Below, piece after piece: positions 46,062 to 55,753 of a DNA stretch of 64,000 bases; positions within the stretch are counted from its first letter, which is position 1; each line of letters starts with the position of its first letter. A model generated the notes under the pieces. That model made no database searches. It saw nothing but the letters and a program-made list of their open reading frames with translations, and had not been told where the DNA came from. The stretch comes from Escherichia coli O127:H6 str. E2348/69. Its GTDB lineage: Bacteria > Pseudomonadota > Gammaproteobacteria > Enterobacterales > Enterobacteriaceae. The position numbers and the translations under genes are program-made. The DNA is taken from NCBI RefSeq assembly GCF_000026545.1, contig NC_011601.1; one strand, 5' to 3'.

Positions 46062-47379
46062 TCTCTATGTCCTCGTCGGTAATGGATGCCCCGATGCCGG
46101 TGACGTCAGAGTTTTCGCGCAGGTCGGTCATTGCCGCCTTACGCGTCATCAATCCGTCGCCCAGCGCGGTGCTGATCGCGTTGGTGGTGTTTACGGCCAC
46201 CGTTGAGCGGTCAACGTCAGACATTTGCCATAGCGGGTTAAACTCAAACGTGAAATCGTCCGGCAGTGGCTTACCGAGTTCCGAGCGGTGCATAATGTCC
46301 AGTATCCGGCGCATCGGCAGCCGTAAGCGGCGCTCCTGCAATGAGCTCACCCGGTCGTAATAGTTGGCAAGATCTGCATCACCGGTAGAAAATCCTTTCG
46401 GGGACTGTCCGAACAACCGCACCAGTGGAATACCAACAGCGCCACTAATCTGTTCTGCAAACTGCGATAGGATGTCATCCAGACCACTGAAGCTGTACTG
46501 ATGCGTTTCAAACTTATCCCGCGAGTCCATGAGCGTCATGCCTTCATTGCTCTGGAACTGTCGAATCAGGTCGATATTCTTCAGCAACGCTTCATACGCA
46601 GGACCACCAAGTGCGATAAGCTCGCGTAGCTTCTCCACGCTGTAGGTACGCAAATGCGCTTTGTAGACCAGCTGCGCCGCGCCGACAGTGGCGCTGTCGA
46701 ACGCAGTAAGCCGATCCCAGATACGCTCTACAACCGACATTCCCCATTCGTTTTCGGTCATCTTCTGCTGGAATGGCAGCGTCACCCCGTCGAAGCGAAT
46801 CAGGCGGCTGTGATGGATGCGCCAGGCTGGAATGCCCGTGGCAGTGGTCACCACGTCGTAAAACTCAGGTTTGCCGAGATCCGGCCCCATCTCTTTAATG
46901 CGGCGGGTCAGGACCGGGTTAATCATCCAGCGGTCGAGCGGGAGAATGCCCTTAAACTTGCCTTCTCCAATGGTTTCGAGCCGCAGCGGGGTCATTGGTG
47001 CCTGCCCCTCGATCATGATGAAGCCGACCGCGCCGCCGTAGAGGCGCGACCATTTCAGCACGTCGTTCAGCGCATCCCAGATCTGCAACTCATCCAGCTG
47101 CGCTTCCAGGGTGCCACGGTCTTTGGCGTCAATCTCCGAAGTGATGCGAATGCCTTTCCGGGTCATATCGTCCGGGATAGCGTCGACCGCTTCGCCGATG
47201 ATCCAGGACGAACGATAGGACCATTCCACCAGCATGCGGTTGCGGCTGGTGAAGTTAGCCCGGTAGGTCGATGCTGAGTGCTGGTTAGGCGTCTGTATCC
47301 CTACGCGGGCAATAAAATTCTCATAACCATCAGCTGTGGCCTGCGCAGTTCGCCGCAGGGCTTGTTTGTTTCGTGCCAT
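45934..47379 (-). CDS. Portal protein
   Basis: 481 aa, immediately downstream of terminase large subunit (1-nt overlap). Confidence 0.7.
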   Translation of the reverse strand: MARNKQALRRTAQATADGYENFIARVGIQTPNQHSASTYRANFTSRNRMLVEWSYRSSWIIGEAVDAIPDDMTRKGIRITSEIDAKDRGTLEAQLDELQIWDALNDVLKWSRLYGGAVGFIMIEGQAPMTPLRLETIGEGKFKGILPLDRWMINPVLTRRIKEMGPDLGKPEFYDVVTTATGIPAWRIHHSRLIRFDGVTLPFQQKMTENEWGMSVVERIWDRLTAFDSATVGAAQLVYKAHLRTYSVEKLRELIALGGPAYEALLKNIDLIRQFQSNEGMTLMDSRDKFETHQYSFSGLDDILSQFAEQISGAVGIPLVRLFGQSPKGFSTGDADLANYYDRVSSLQERRLRLPMRRILDIMHRSELGKPLPDDFTFEFNPLWQMSDVDRSTVAVNTTNAISTALGDGLMTRKAAMTDLRENSDVTGIGASITDEDIENAEDEAPPGIGELGDNPPESPGGDPISNEPTADSAGGRGYRK

Positions 47380-49001
47380 CAGGCCTGTCTCCCTAGCAGC
47401 TCCCAGATGTTCAGGGCTGAATTCATTGGGGCATAGTTGATCATCACCGAGTCGGCAAGGTTTGGCGATCGGGTTCCATCAGGCTGTTTATCAATAACGA
47501 TTTTTCCCACACCATTAATGGAATAGGTCGGCTGCGAAAGCTCGATGATGAGTTTATCTTTGAGTGCCATGCTACTGCTGATTGAGATGATTTCGTCCGG
47601 GTTGTAAGCCATACCTTCAACCACGGCGCGCCAGGTATTCTGAAAAAGTTTACGTAACCGCCACCAGCTCTGGGCTTTGGCGTTAGCGAAGAAGTCCTTG
47701 TTCAGACGTGCGGCTTGCCCGTTGTCCCCGCGAACAGCTTCATCATCCGGATCAAATACCGCGCCACTACCTCGAAACGGTGTGGCAAGTATTGACGGTC
47801 GACGCGCAGCGTTACGCAGTTCGTTGATAGCGCGTGCATCGCCGCGAACGCCAGCGCCCAGCCCGTCCTCATCAAAGCGAAACTCTTCGAGGTTGTCCTG
47901 TTCGCAAAAGCCGAAAACCTTCTCGACGGACTGATAAATGTCGCTGCCCACACCGGACCATTCCCGCACATTTTCCAGGAGGAAGCCATGACGGGTGGAA
48001 AAGGCATTTTTGTCCCTGCCTTCGTCGGCGACATCCATCGCGCCAAGTCGTTTGCCTGTTGGCTGGATACCCAGTTTGATATGCGCATCAACGGCAGCCT
48101 GTACCCATTCGGATGGAATCAGAACGCCTTCCGCTGATGCGCTGTAGTTCAGATCAAGTTCCTGTGCCACCACCACCGGATTATCGATTTTCTCGCATTC
48201 CCTGCGATACCACTCTTCATCCTTGCGAGGATCATCCCGCCAGTGGAATGTGAATACCGGTATCTTCCCGCCATGACGCTTCTGAGCGAACGGGTTAGCC
48301 ATGCCGTTAACTGAACTCAGGTCGATACGGCAACGCGTCGTTTGTGACAACGCCGCATCAATCAGCAGAGGACGCTGAAGGAATGCAGCCTCATCAACCA
48401 GATAAAGCGTGGTACGGTCACCACGACCAATATTATCGCCAGCCTCGCCTTTGATAACGGCACCAGTTTCAGGAAACTCAACACGCATATATGGCGCGTG
48501 CTTCTTCTCGCTCCACGAACCGCGAAACTCTACAGGTAGCGTTTCCACGAACTTGCGTGCCTTCCAGAACAATGCTTTCGGGTCACCAGTGCTGTCGACG
48601 TATTCCTCTTTACGGGAGCCGAAACCGATAACCATTTCTTTGTTGAAGAGACAAAGCGAGCAGGCCAGTCCGATCGCGGTCCAACTGAGCCCCATTTCAC
48701 GGGATTTTTCGGTAATACCATTCTCCCGATTGCCCCAGCGTTCCATAATCCAGTGGATCCACTCCTCCTGCTTAGGGAAGAGTAAAAACGGAATGGTCAC
48801 CGGCAGGCCATAATCAATATTACGCGGGTCCGTTGTCATGCCCCAGTCGATGATGAACTGAGCCGGATTGGTTCGGTAAAACTGCTTCAATACGGGCAAT
48901 ATTTCAGGATTCTGGCGAATGCGCTGTAGGCGTTCCATCCGCCATTCAAAAACCATCTGGTAATCAGGATGTTTAAAATCGAAGGGGAATGGTAACGGCA
49001 T
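47379..49001 (-). CDS. Terminase large subunit
   Basis: 540 aa; ATPase region and C-terminal nuclease acidic residues; follows the small subunit. Confidence 0.8.
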   Translation of the reverse strand: MPLPFPFDFKHPDYQMVFEWRMERLQRIRQNPEILPVLKQFYRTNPAQFIIDWGMTTDPRNIDYGLPVTIPFLLFPKQEEWIHWIMERWGNRENGITEKSREMGLSWTAIGLACSLCLFNKEMVIGFGSRKEEYVDSTGDPKALFWKARKFVETLPVEFRGSWSEKKHAPYMRVEFPETGAVIKGEAGDNIGRGDRTTLYLVDEAAFLQRPLLIDAALSQTTRCRIDLSSVNGMANPFAQKRHGGKIPVFTFHWRDDPRKDEEWYRRECEKIDNPVVVAQELDLNYSASAEGVLIPSEWVQAAVDAHIKLGIQPTGKRLGAMDVADEGRDKNAFSTRHGFLLENVREWSGVGSDIYQSVEKVFGFCEQDNLEEFRFDEDGLGAGVRGDARAINELRNAARRPSILATPFRGSGAVFDPDDEAVRGDNGQAARLNKDFFANAKAQSWWRLRKLFQNTWRAVVEGMAYNPDEIISISSSMALKDKLIIELSQPTYSINGVGKIVIDKQPDGTRSPNLADSVMINYAPMNSALNIWELLGRQA

Positions 49002-49003
49002 AC

Positions 49004-49555
49004 TTAGCCCATCATTTTTCTATACGCCTCTGCAGCCTGCTCCGGCGTTAAGTTGGTAATTTCTGTTCTGACTGGTCCTCCATCAGCGCCAGTCACTTCA
49101 TTTTTGACGTTGTCTTTAAACGCCTGAACAGAAACATGACGCCCAAGCAACTCAAGGTTTTTAACCTTATCAGGCCATTTGATTTTCTTCAGAAGTGCGG
49201 CGCTATCTGCGGATACCATCTCCACGACATCCATTCCTGATAGCGTTGTGCGCCATACCTTAGGCCAGTCTTTAATGGGCTTTAGCTCACCGTTTTGCAG
49301 GAGAATGTCGAGCACATCCATCTGGTCGATTTCAATAAGGCGATTAAGTACATATTCTGCATTAATACCAACAAGATCATTGCGTTGCGCTTTCAGTTCA
49401 GCGATTCTGAATTGTATGTCAGGTTTTGACAGGTTTTCGGATGCGGTACGGTTAGCTGTCTTTGCGCTGTACCCCGCCCGAATAGCCGCTTGCGTGGCGT
49501 TTAAATCGATGAGGTACTCGCGACAGAACATTTCTTGCTTGTCGGTGAGTGCCAT
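49004..49555 (-). CDS. Terminase small subunit
   Basis: 183 aa, N-terminal HTH-like segment ([30 protein letters not shown]). Confidence 0.75.
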   Translation of the reverse strand: MALTDKQEMFCREYLIDLNATQAAIRAGYSAKTANRTASENLSKPDIQFRIAELKAQRNDLVGINAEYVLNRLIEIDQMDVLDILLQNGELKPIKDWPKVWRTTLSGMDVVEMVSADSAALLKKIKWPDKVKNLELLGRHVSVQAFKDNVKNEVTGADGGPVRTEITNLTPEQAAEAYRKMMG

Positions 49556-49574
49556 TGATATACCTGAGGAAATT

Positions 49575-50123
49575 ATGAAGTTAGAAGATTTCGCAGCTTA
49601 TAACCGCCCTCAATCGAAGGTGTCCGATGAGAGGAAATTTCTTGATTACATTCACAGTCGGAACAGATGGGTTGAGTTTATCAAAAGCATCGATAACGCA
49701 AAGCCAGTATCAATTGCCATGAAAAATTCATTCCATAGTCAATGGGTTGAGTCTGGGGCCTTTATACGTGAAAAGATCAACGACGACTCAATTCTCCTCA
49801 AACTATTAACGCTCTTATTGCCAACATATGATGGTGACAGCCTTGTACTTTATCGGGGGGAAAATAAAGACAGGTTCGATAAAGGGCTCATTGGATTTTG
49901 CTGGACAACGGACATTTCAGTCGCCGAGAAGTTTGGTCGTGGATTGAATGCATACAAATCACCAGGTTTGCTGTTAAGAGCTGAAGCTCCAGCCTGTTCT
50001 ATATTAGCTGGCCCCAATGCCCACAGTCGTTATCTTGGTGAAAATGAGTTCACGGTTAACCCCTCGCGTCTTTCAAACATAACCGTTATTGAAACCTATC
50101 CGGACAACTCTTTTTTCAAATGA
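49575..50123 (+). CDS. Opposite-strand moron protein (182 aa), unknown function
   Basis: Strong RBS TGAGGA 7 nt before ATG 49575; AT-rich; transcribed against the late operon between terS and the lysis genes; ordered motifs YRG ... WTTD ... ENEF. Confidence 0.6.
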   Translation: MKLEDFAAYNRPQSKVSDERKFLDYIHSRNRWVEFIKSIDNAKPVSIAMKNSFHSQWVESGAFIREKINDDSILLKLLTLLLPTYDGDSLVLYRGENKDRFDKGLIGFCWTTDISVAEKFGRGLNAYKSPGLLLRAEAPACSILAGPNAHSRYLGENEFTVNPSRLSNITVIETYPDNSFFK

Positions 50124-50255
50124 TGAATAAATAGATGCCCTATACTTCACCCGCCACTGGTACGCCGTTTCGATGGCCTCCCAGTCCGGTTTTGCCATGA
50201 ATTTTTCCTCTTAGTGACATTATCGAAGCCCCTTATCAAAGGAGCTTCTGTAATG

Positions 50256-50441
50256 TCAGTCCCGAACGAACGTAACCTTCGTGTTTGTCGCTCGCCGTAC
50301 AAGGCGCGCCGCTTCGCGTTGCATTTCATCGATAACTTTTGGCGTCATCGGCTGATGCGCATATTTACGTTCAATCTCTGCAAAAATCCCGTTCATCGTT
50401 TCGCTGTCTGGTGGGATAACTTTAACGTTTAATCGTGCCAT
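50256..50441 (-). CDS. Small hypothetical protein
   Basis: ORF 50256..50468; internal Met MARLNVKV... preferred; weak evidence only. Confidence 0.3.
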   Translation of the reverse strand: MARLNVKVIPPDSETMNGIFAEIERKYAHQPMTPKVIDEMQREAARLVRRATNTKVTFVRD

Positions 50442-50697
50442 TGGTTTGTGCTGCCCTGTTTTTCTCAAAAGCCCTAATATCAGCCTTATCCCTGTTGCAC
50501 TGTGCTAACGCTGACAACAACGCAACATTCAGGTTAAGGCTAGCTCCCCACGTAAACGGGTCGGGTAAATCTGGCTGGGGTGTTTCATCCGTCAGACTGG
50601 CTGGTAACGGAACGACCGGCACCGACACGTATACCGTTCGCGTATTCGTGCAACCGCTTAACTGCGCCAGAAGGAACGATACGAACAGCGCAATCAT
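50422..50697 (-). CDS. Rz1: o-spanin (Rz1-like outer membrane lipoprotein), overlapping Rz
   Basis: Starts in the +1 frame inside Rz; signal peptide with lipobox LSGC; proline-rich mature part. Confidence 0.65.
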   Translation of the reverse strand: MIALFVSFLLAQLSGCTNTRTVYVSVPVVPLPASLTDETPQPDLPDPFTWGASLNLNVALLSALAQCNRDKADIRAFEKNRAAQTNGTIKR

Positions 50698-50977
50698 CAC
50701 CCGAAACAGCCACTTTGATATCTTCCTGGGTTCTCTGTGACTCCAGTGCGATCTGCTGTTTTGCATGCTGGTTAGCCTCTATAACTGTATTGATGATTTG
50801 CAGAGATTGCAGGACGTTACTGGTAATGGCTGTTGCAGATTCAGCATTTCGTACAGCCTCATCAGCACGCTCCTTTTCGTGCTGATATTTGCTGTAGTAA
50901 TGCCCGGCAGACCAGATAAAAGAACCGATGACGGTAACAAAGAAGGCAACAATAACCAGCTTATATCTCAGCTTCAT
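50585..50977 (-). CDS. Rz: i-spanin (Rz-like)
   Basis: 130 aa; N-terminal TM helix then coiled coil; follows the endolysin gene. Confidence 0.7.
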   Translation of the reverse strand: MKLRYKLVIVAFFVTVIGSFIWSAGHYYSKYQHEKERADEAVRNAESATAITSNVLQSLQIINTVIEANQHAKQQIALESQRTQEDIKVAVSGDDCAVRIVPSGAVKRLHEYANGIRVGAGRSVTSQSDG

Positions 50978-51437
50978 TTACCACCCCACCCGCTTCTTTA
51001 AATCGGGCAATCAGGTCACCGATTCTATGTTCATACTGACCGTAACCAGCCCCCGGCAACGAAGCCCAGATATTGCTGCAACGGTCGATTGCCTGACGAA
51101 TATCGCCGCGGTCAATCATCGGTAAAGCGCCACGCTCTTTAATCTGCTGCAGCGCTACAGCATCCTGGCTTTCTGGAGAAAAATCTTTCAGGCCAAGTTG
51201 CTTGCGGTAGGCATCCCACCAGCGTGAAAGAAGCTGGTAGCGACCGGCTGCTGTTGATTTGAGTTTGAGGTTTAGCGTGACAAGTTTGCGAGGGTGATCA
51301 GAGTAATCAGTGAATAGCTCTCCGCCTACAATGACGTCATAACCATGATTTCTGGTTTTCTGCCGTCCGTTATCAGTTCCCTCCGACCACGCCAGCATAT
51401 CGAGGAACGCCTTACGTTGATTATTGATTTCCACCAT
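50961..51437 (-). CDS. R: Endolysin, lambda R-type lytic transglycosylase
   Basis: 158 aa; [24 protein letters not shown]... matches phage lambda R as remembered. Confidence 0.9.
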   Translation of the reverse strand: MVEINNQRKAFLDMLAWSEGTDNGRQKTRNHGYDVIVGGELFTDYSDHPRKLVTLNLKLKSTAAGRYQLLSRWWDAYRKQLGLKDFSPESQDAVALQQIKERGALPMIDRGDIRQAIDRCSNIWASLPGAGYGQYEHRIGDLIARFKEAGGVVNEAEI

Positions 51438-51744
51438 CTTCTACTCCGGCTTTTTTAGCAGCGAAGCGTTTGATAAGCGAACCAATCGAGTCAGTACCGA
51501 TGTAGCCGATGAACACGCTCGTTATATAAGCGAGATTGCTACTTAGTCCGGCGAAGTCGAGAAGGTCACGAATGAACCAGGCGATAATGGCGCACATCGT
51601 TGCGTCGATTACTGTTTTTGTAAACGCACCGCCATTATATCTGCCGCGAAGGTACGCCATTGCAAACGCAAGGATTGCCCCGATGCCTTGTTCCTTTGCC
51701 GCGAGAATGGCGGCTAACAGGTCATGTTTTTCTGGCATCTTCAT
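51421..51744 (-). CDS. S: Holin, lambda S-type
   Basis: 107 aa; [34 protein letters not shown]... matches lambda S107 as remembered, including the dual-start MKM motif. Confidence 0.9.
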   Translation of the reverse strand: MKMPEKHDLLAAILAAKEQGIGAILAFAMAYLRGRYNGGAFTKTVIDATMCAIIAWFIRDLLDFAGLSSNLAYITSVFIGYIGTDSIGSLIKRFAAKKAGVEDGGNQ

Positions 51745-51986
51745 GTCTTACCCCCAATAAGGGGATTTGCTCTATTTAATTAGGAATAAGGTCGATTACT
51801 GATAGAACAAATCCAGGCTACTGTGTTTAGTAATCAGATTTGTTCGTGACCGATATGCCCGGGCAAAACGGCAGGAGGTTGTTAGCGCAGCCTCTTGCCA
51901 CCCGCTTTCACGAAGGTCATGTATAGAAGGCCGCAGCGTAACTATCACTGATGAGTTCAGGATAGCCAGTGGCTACGGCTCAGTTA

Positions 51987-52062
51987 TGGTGCTGGTTAAC
52001 GGACTTGAACCGCTACCCATTCGCTTACAAGGCGACCGCTCTACCATTGGAGCTAAACCAGC
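51987..52062 (-). tRNA. Phage-encoded tRNA-Thr (anticodon UGU)
   Basis: 76-nt cloverleaf on the minus strand: perfect 7-bp acceptor stem GCTGGTT/AACCAGC, D-loop with GG, anticodon loop CTTGTAA, T-loop TTCAAGT, discriminator A, encoded CCA. Confidence 0.8.
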
Positions 52063-52067
52063 ATGTT

Positions 52068-52142
52068 TGGCGGGACAGCGTGGACTCGAACCACGATAAG
52101 AAGGTTAACAGCCTTCCGTAATGACCTTTATACGACTGACCC
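52068..52142 (-). tRNA. Phage-encoded tRNA, probably Asn (anticodon GUU)
   Basis: 75 nt: GGGTCAG...anticodon stem GAAGG/CCTTC, loop CTGTTAA...GGTTCGAGTCC T-arm...CCA; one acceptor and one D-stem mismatch and a 4-nt variable loop. Confidence 0.6.
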
Positions 52143-52196
52143 AAATAAAAAAAGCCACCGTTGCAACTTAAGAGTCACTAACGGCAGCTTACATCT

Positions 52197-52709
52197 TTAA
52201 ACGGTATGATATTTAATTCTGGCGGCCTCAAAAGCCGCAGCGGCAAGTTCGGCAGTGTCATGGTATCCAAGGTTAATACACTTTCCAGACGCATTAATTC
52301 TTGCTCTCCATTTCCCGTACTTAGCATCCCAAGACACGCCACGGTATCCAGATTTATTATTCTTCTGAATTTTCCTGTTCTGCATATTTTCGGAATGAGT
52401 GACAAGACGAAGATTTGATATCCGGTTATCTGTTCTTACCCTGTTGATGTGATCAATAAAACCATCGGGCATGGTGCCATAAACAATCAACCATGCCAGT
52501 CTGTGAGCAGGGTATGCTTTACCATTAATCATAATCATTAAATACCCATCAGAATTTATTGATGAGCATTTCTTGAAAGCAAAACGAGAGTTCCATGTCA
52601 AAGTGGTCCTCTCTCTCCCCTGCCTCCATCTCCAGTGAAAGTCGCCTGATGATGGATTGTAATCAACAACAGAAAGCACCATTTCTGGCGTTAATTTTAT
52701 TTCTTTCAT
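52197..52709 (-). CDS. HNH homing endonuclease with AP2-like DNA-binding domain
   Basis: 170 aa; HRLAWLIVYG...HINRVRTDNRISNLRLVTHSEN HNH motif, C-terminal YRGVSWD...W AP2-like motif. Confidence 0.75.
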   Translation of the reverse strand: MKEIKLTPEMVLSVVDYNPSSGDFHWRWRQGRERTTLTWNSRFAFKKCSSINSDGYLMIMINGKAYPAHRLAWLIVYGTMPDGFIDHINRVRTDNRISNLRLVTHSENMQNRKIQKNNKSGYRGVSWDAKYGKWRARINASGKCINLGYHDTAELAAAAFEAARIKYHTV

Positions 52710-52830
52710 CGCTTTACCTTAGGGATAGAGCCTGTTCGCGTAGATATGACAGCCAAGAGCGGAGCGATGTTTCCACCACCATATCTCAGGCCCATATCAC
52801 TAAGACTCTTGTTTTGATTGCACGCGAATG

Positions 52831-52854
52831 CAAAAAAGCCCACAGGAGGTGGGC
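52831..52854 (-). terminator. Rho-independent terminator downstream of Q (tR'-like)
   Basis: Minus strand gcccac-ctcct-gtgggc followed by T6; located about 50-70 nt downstream of the Q gene where the lambdoid PR'/qut/tR' unit is expected. Confidence 0.6.
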
Positions 52855-52903
52855 TTGTGATGGTTGCTGAATGCAAAAGCAGCAGCATATGTGAATATTA
52901 TGG

Positions 52904-53422
52904 CTAAATGGCTAATTGCATGTCAAGGCTTTTAACAGCAATATGCTTAACTTTCTCAACACGTTTACGCATTTTGAAAGCATTTTTCATTGGTTGGTAC
53001 AAAACAAATAATGACGCTTTCAGGATGTCGTCAATTTCGTTTCTACAGGTTGCCAGTGAAGGTTTTCTCCATCCCTCGCCACCACGTCCACACATCTTGC
53101 GTGGCTTTGCAGTCGCGTGATAGTAGGATGCAATTGCTCGCTTAGATGAACCATGAGCGTAGTAGCTGAGGAGGATGCCAAAGGCTTTCTTGTCAATGTA
53201 CATGACGGAATCGACGACCTGAGAAATCAACATTCCATCATCATCATTGCACATTGGCCTTGTCATAACTCTTCCCGGCTCTACGCTCTCCATGAACTTC
53301 GCTATTACGCTGCTCATGCGCTTTTCCAGACGACCTGAATAAACCCATGCGCCCCACAGTTCAAGCCAGCCATTCAGCCACTCATGCTGTTCTTTGGTGA
53401 GGTTTAGTTCTCTTATGCTCAT
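52904..53422 (-). CDS. Late gene antiterminator Q (QuuD-like family)
   Basis: 172 aa; LELWGAWVYS and CNDDDGMLISQ...LLSYYAHG segments resemble DLP12 QuuD-type antiterminators; last gene of the nin region before tR'. Confidence 0.65.
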   Translation of the reverse strand: MSIRELNLTKEQHEWLNGWLELWGAWVYSGRLEKRMSSVIAKFMESVEPGRVMTRPMCNDDDGMLISQVVDSVMYIDKKAFGILLSYYAHGSSKRAIASYYHATAKPRKMCGRGGEGWRKPSLATCRNEIDDILKASLFVLYQPMKNAFKMRKRVEKVKHIAVKSLDMQLAI

Positions 53423-53607
53423 CGTCTTCCTCTCTTGCCCTGTTTGACCATCAGGACGCCGTTAACTATTACGTGACGCTCGCCTTTGCTGTCTCGGTTG
53501 TACTTGAGCACTGTTCCTCTTGCGCAGGAAAGCATCCTCGCCACTTCGGTCTGATTGCCTCGTGTCTGGATAAGAAGCTCTGGTATCGTTTGAATTGTGG
53601 CGTTCAT
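53419..53607 (-). CDS. ninH: NinH-like protein
   Basis: 62 aa; ...GNQTEVARMLSCARGTVLKY... resembles lambda NinH. Confidence 0.7.
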   Translation of the reverse strand: MNATIQTIPELLIQTRGNQTEVARMLSCARGTVLKYNRDSKGERHVIVNGVLMVKQGKRGRR

Positions 53608-53966
53608 GCGTTCTCCAGTTCGGTGATTTTTATTCCAAGCCTTCCGCCTGGTACTTTCACGCCACGAATTACGCGAATGTCATCGAATTGCTCGTCGTCT
53701 TCCGCAAATCCGGCGTGGATAAGGGAGTCGAGTAAACCCTTCAGGATGTTATCGAGGTCGCGGCGGCGGGAGTCTGGAACGTCTGCGATGACTTTGATGC
53801 GGAGTCGTGATTTGGTGAAAATGTCTAACTTGAGTTGGCGGATGATTTGCTGAACGTCTTTTCGGTATTTCTGGCCTTTATCGCTGATGTAGTATTGGCT
53901 TCCCCGTCTTCGCCAGTAGGTGTTCACCGACGGCGGGTATGGAAGCACAAACTGATATTCGTTCAT
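53604..53966 (-). CDS. rusA: Holliday junction resolvase RusA
   Basis: 120 aa; PDSRRRDLDN catalytic motif typical of RusA. Confidence 0.8.
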   Translation of the reverse strand: MNEYQFVLPYPPSVNTYWRRRGSQYYISDKGQKYRKDVQQIIRQLKLDIFTKSRLRIKVIADVPDSRRRDLDNILKGLLDSLIHAGFAEDDEQFDDIRVIRGVKVPGGRLGIKITELENA

Positions 53967-54253
53967 GACTTAATCTTCCCCTCCTTCAGCAGTATCGCCT
54001 GCGTCCTGATCACGCCTTCGAGGTGGTAAAGTCTGGCGTCTTTGTTGTCGAGAATCCGGGTGCGTCGGTCGATCTCCGCGTGGCAGTCACTACAAGCCCA
54101 TGCGCCGATCAGGTCGTCAGGCTTCATTCCCGTTCCGCAAATTCCAGCCATCCGGTAATGTGCCAGAACTGTAGTTTCAGGATTACCATTGCATATTCCG
54201 TAAATACGTACCTGGCATTCTCTGCCGCGTGCTTCTTTGCGTAGGTTAGCCAT
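53963..54253 (-). CDS. YbcO-like Cys-rich protein (DUF1364)
   Basis: 96 aa; RGRECQVRIYGICNGNPETTVLAH...CSDCHAEIDRRT resembles DLP12 YbcO. Confidence 0.65.
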   Translation of the reverse strand: MANLRKEARGRECQVRIYGICNGNPETTVLAHYRMAGICGTGMKPDDLIGAWACSDCHAEIDRRTRILDNKDARLYHLEGVIRTQAILLKEGKIKS

Positions 54254-54522
54254 TATGGTTCACTCCAGTAATTCTCAATTGCAGCAGCCATTCTCTGCAT
54301 CCACTCAGCCAGCTTTAACGCGGCTTCTCTTTCAGAACCACATTTAGGGAAATCCTTCATTTCCATGCTGGCCTTATATGTTCTGAATGCCAGGTCTCCG
54401 GTAATAACCAACTCCTGATCAAGCACCGAGCGTTTATTCCGGTGTTGAACGTAATAGACAGATTCAGTCCGCATTTCTTCTCTGTCTTTTTTGAAGGAAA
54501 TAAGCTCAGAGAAATCACTCAT
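54253..54522 (-). CDS. Nin-region hypothetical protein
   Basis: 89 aa ORF translationally coupled in the nin operon. Confidence 0.4.
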   Translation of the reverse strand: MSDFSELISFKKDREEMRTESVYYVQHRNKRSVLDQELVITGDLAFRTYKASMEMKDFPKCGSEREAALKLAEWMQRMAAAIENYWSEP

Positions 54523-54690
54523 CGTCTTCTTCCTCGTACATTGAGCTATTCGGATCGCTCATCAGTTCTGCGCAGCAGTACTCACACACGTGAACTTCCA
54601 GCACATGCAGCTTCTGACCGCAGTTAGCGCACGTTAAAGCTCGCTCGACGCTTTCTTTCTGGTATTGAAGGGATTGGGATGGGCTAAGCA

Positions 54691-55056
54691 TTATTGGATT
54701 CTCTGCATCATGAGAAAGACAATCATGGCGGCGCGGAGGGGATTTTCATGTATAGCTCGCTTAGATTTACAGTAGGCCACACCGCGTGCACCCCACTCGT
54801 CTTCATCGAGATTGATAATGCTAATCCTGTATTTTTCAATAATCGGCCATGCGGCTGCTGGGTTTGCGCATGGGTTAAAGGATCCGCGCTCAACTTCTAC
54901 TTCAACTGCGTCTCCGTTTACAATGTCTCCCTCAAATGAGACAAACACCATATCGCCATTCTCACCTTCTTTGTAATCCGGTGATCCGTTATGAATGGCT
55001 TCGAATACCGCCACGTTAATTTCAAAATCACTTAACTGTGAATAATCCATTGTCAT
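54691..55056 (-). CDS. Nin-region hypothetical protein
   Basis: Start at MTMDYS with ATGA overlap to ninE stop; acidic protein. Confidence 0.45.
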   Translation of the reverse strand: MTMDYSQLSDFEINVAVFEAIHNGSPDYKEGENGDMVFVSFEGDIVNGDAVEVEVERGSFNPCANPAAAWPIIEKYRISIINLDEDEWGARGVAYCKSKRAIHENPLRAAMIVFLMMQRIQ

Positions 55057-55229
55057 TTCCTCGCACGATTTCTTAGCCACCGGATATCCCACAGGTGAGC
55101 CGTGTAGTTGAAGGTTTTTACGTCAGATTCTTTCGGGATTGGCTTGCGTTTATTTCTGGAGCGTTTCGTTGGAAGGTATTTGCAGTTTTCGCAGATTATG
55201 TCGGTGATACTTCGTCGCTGTCGTCTCAT
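55053..55229 (-). CDS. ninE: NinE-like protein
   Basis: [30 protein letters not shown]... resembles lambda NinE; internal start of ORF 55053..55319. Confidence 0.65.
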   Translation of the reverse strand: MRRQRRSITDIICENCKYLPTKRSRNKRKPIPKESDVKTFNYTAHLWDIRWLRNRARK

Positions 55230-55753
55230 TCTGCCATCCTGACGCCCTGCCCGATCGCCATCAATGCCGCTTTGGATACGGTAGTAAACATCCGTCGAGG
55301 ACTGATGAACGGTCGCCAAATCAGCAGCATGGAGCCTTTGCTGTTTCCCTTCTTCTCCAGCCCTGTCGATGGTTCGATAAAATTAATCCGTCCATCAGTG
55401 ATAATACGAACTTCGTCGACACTCTCCAGAGCCTTGCTGAACCATCCGACTGACATATCCTCTGGCACAAGCATAACTACCGTCTGTCGCTGTTGTATGC
55501 ACTGCTCAGCGGCTTTTTCCACCCACGGCCTGATATTGCTATACGGTGGGTTATTCCAGATTGCACCGTGGCTTATCCACTCAGAATTTAGCGCGTCGTC
55601 GGCCTCAGTTAGCCAGTGAGCACACAGAGCATTTTTGTCGCTCGCTGCCGAATCCAGCCAGAATCCAAACTCAATATCCAGTGCATCAAAAAGCCAAAGC
55701 GGCGTTTGCCAGCAGTCCTTGTCGTGTGCTGGCGTATTTGATTTGATAGTCAT
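55226..55753 (-). CDS. Phage DNA N6-adenine methyltransferase (Dam-like)
   Basis: NPPY motif (IWNNPPYSN); start at MTIKSN with ATGA overlap to ninB stop. Confidence 0.7.
   Translation of the reverse strand: MTIKSNTPAHDKDCWQTPLWLFDALDIEFGFWLDSAASDKNALCAHWLTEADDALNSEWISHGAIWNNPPYSNIRPWVEKAAEQCIQQRQTVVMLVPEDMSVGWFSKALESVDEVRIITDGRINFIEPSTGLEKKGNSKGSMLLIWRPFISPRRMFTTVSKAALMAIGQGVRMAE

Noticed and set aside
49179-49574. Upstream extension of the 49575-50123 gene giving a 314-aa ORF
   Set aside because: This part overlaps the terminase small subunit on the other strand and has no start context; the ATG at 49575 has a strong RBS and begins just past the terS start, so the extension is a read-through artefact.
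51745-51986. Possible third tRNA upstream of the tRNA-Thr
   Set aside because: No acceptor stem with a T-arm consensus could be folded by eye; needs tRNAscan-SE to exclude fully.
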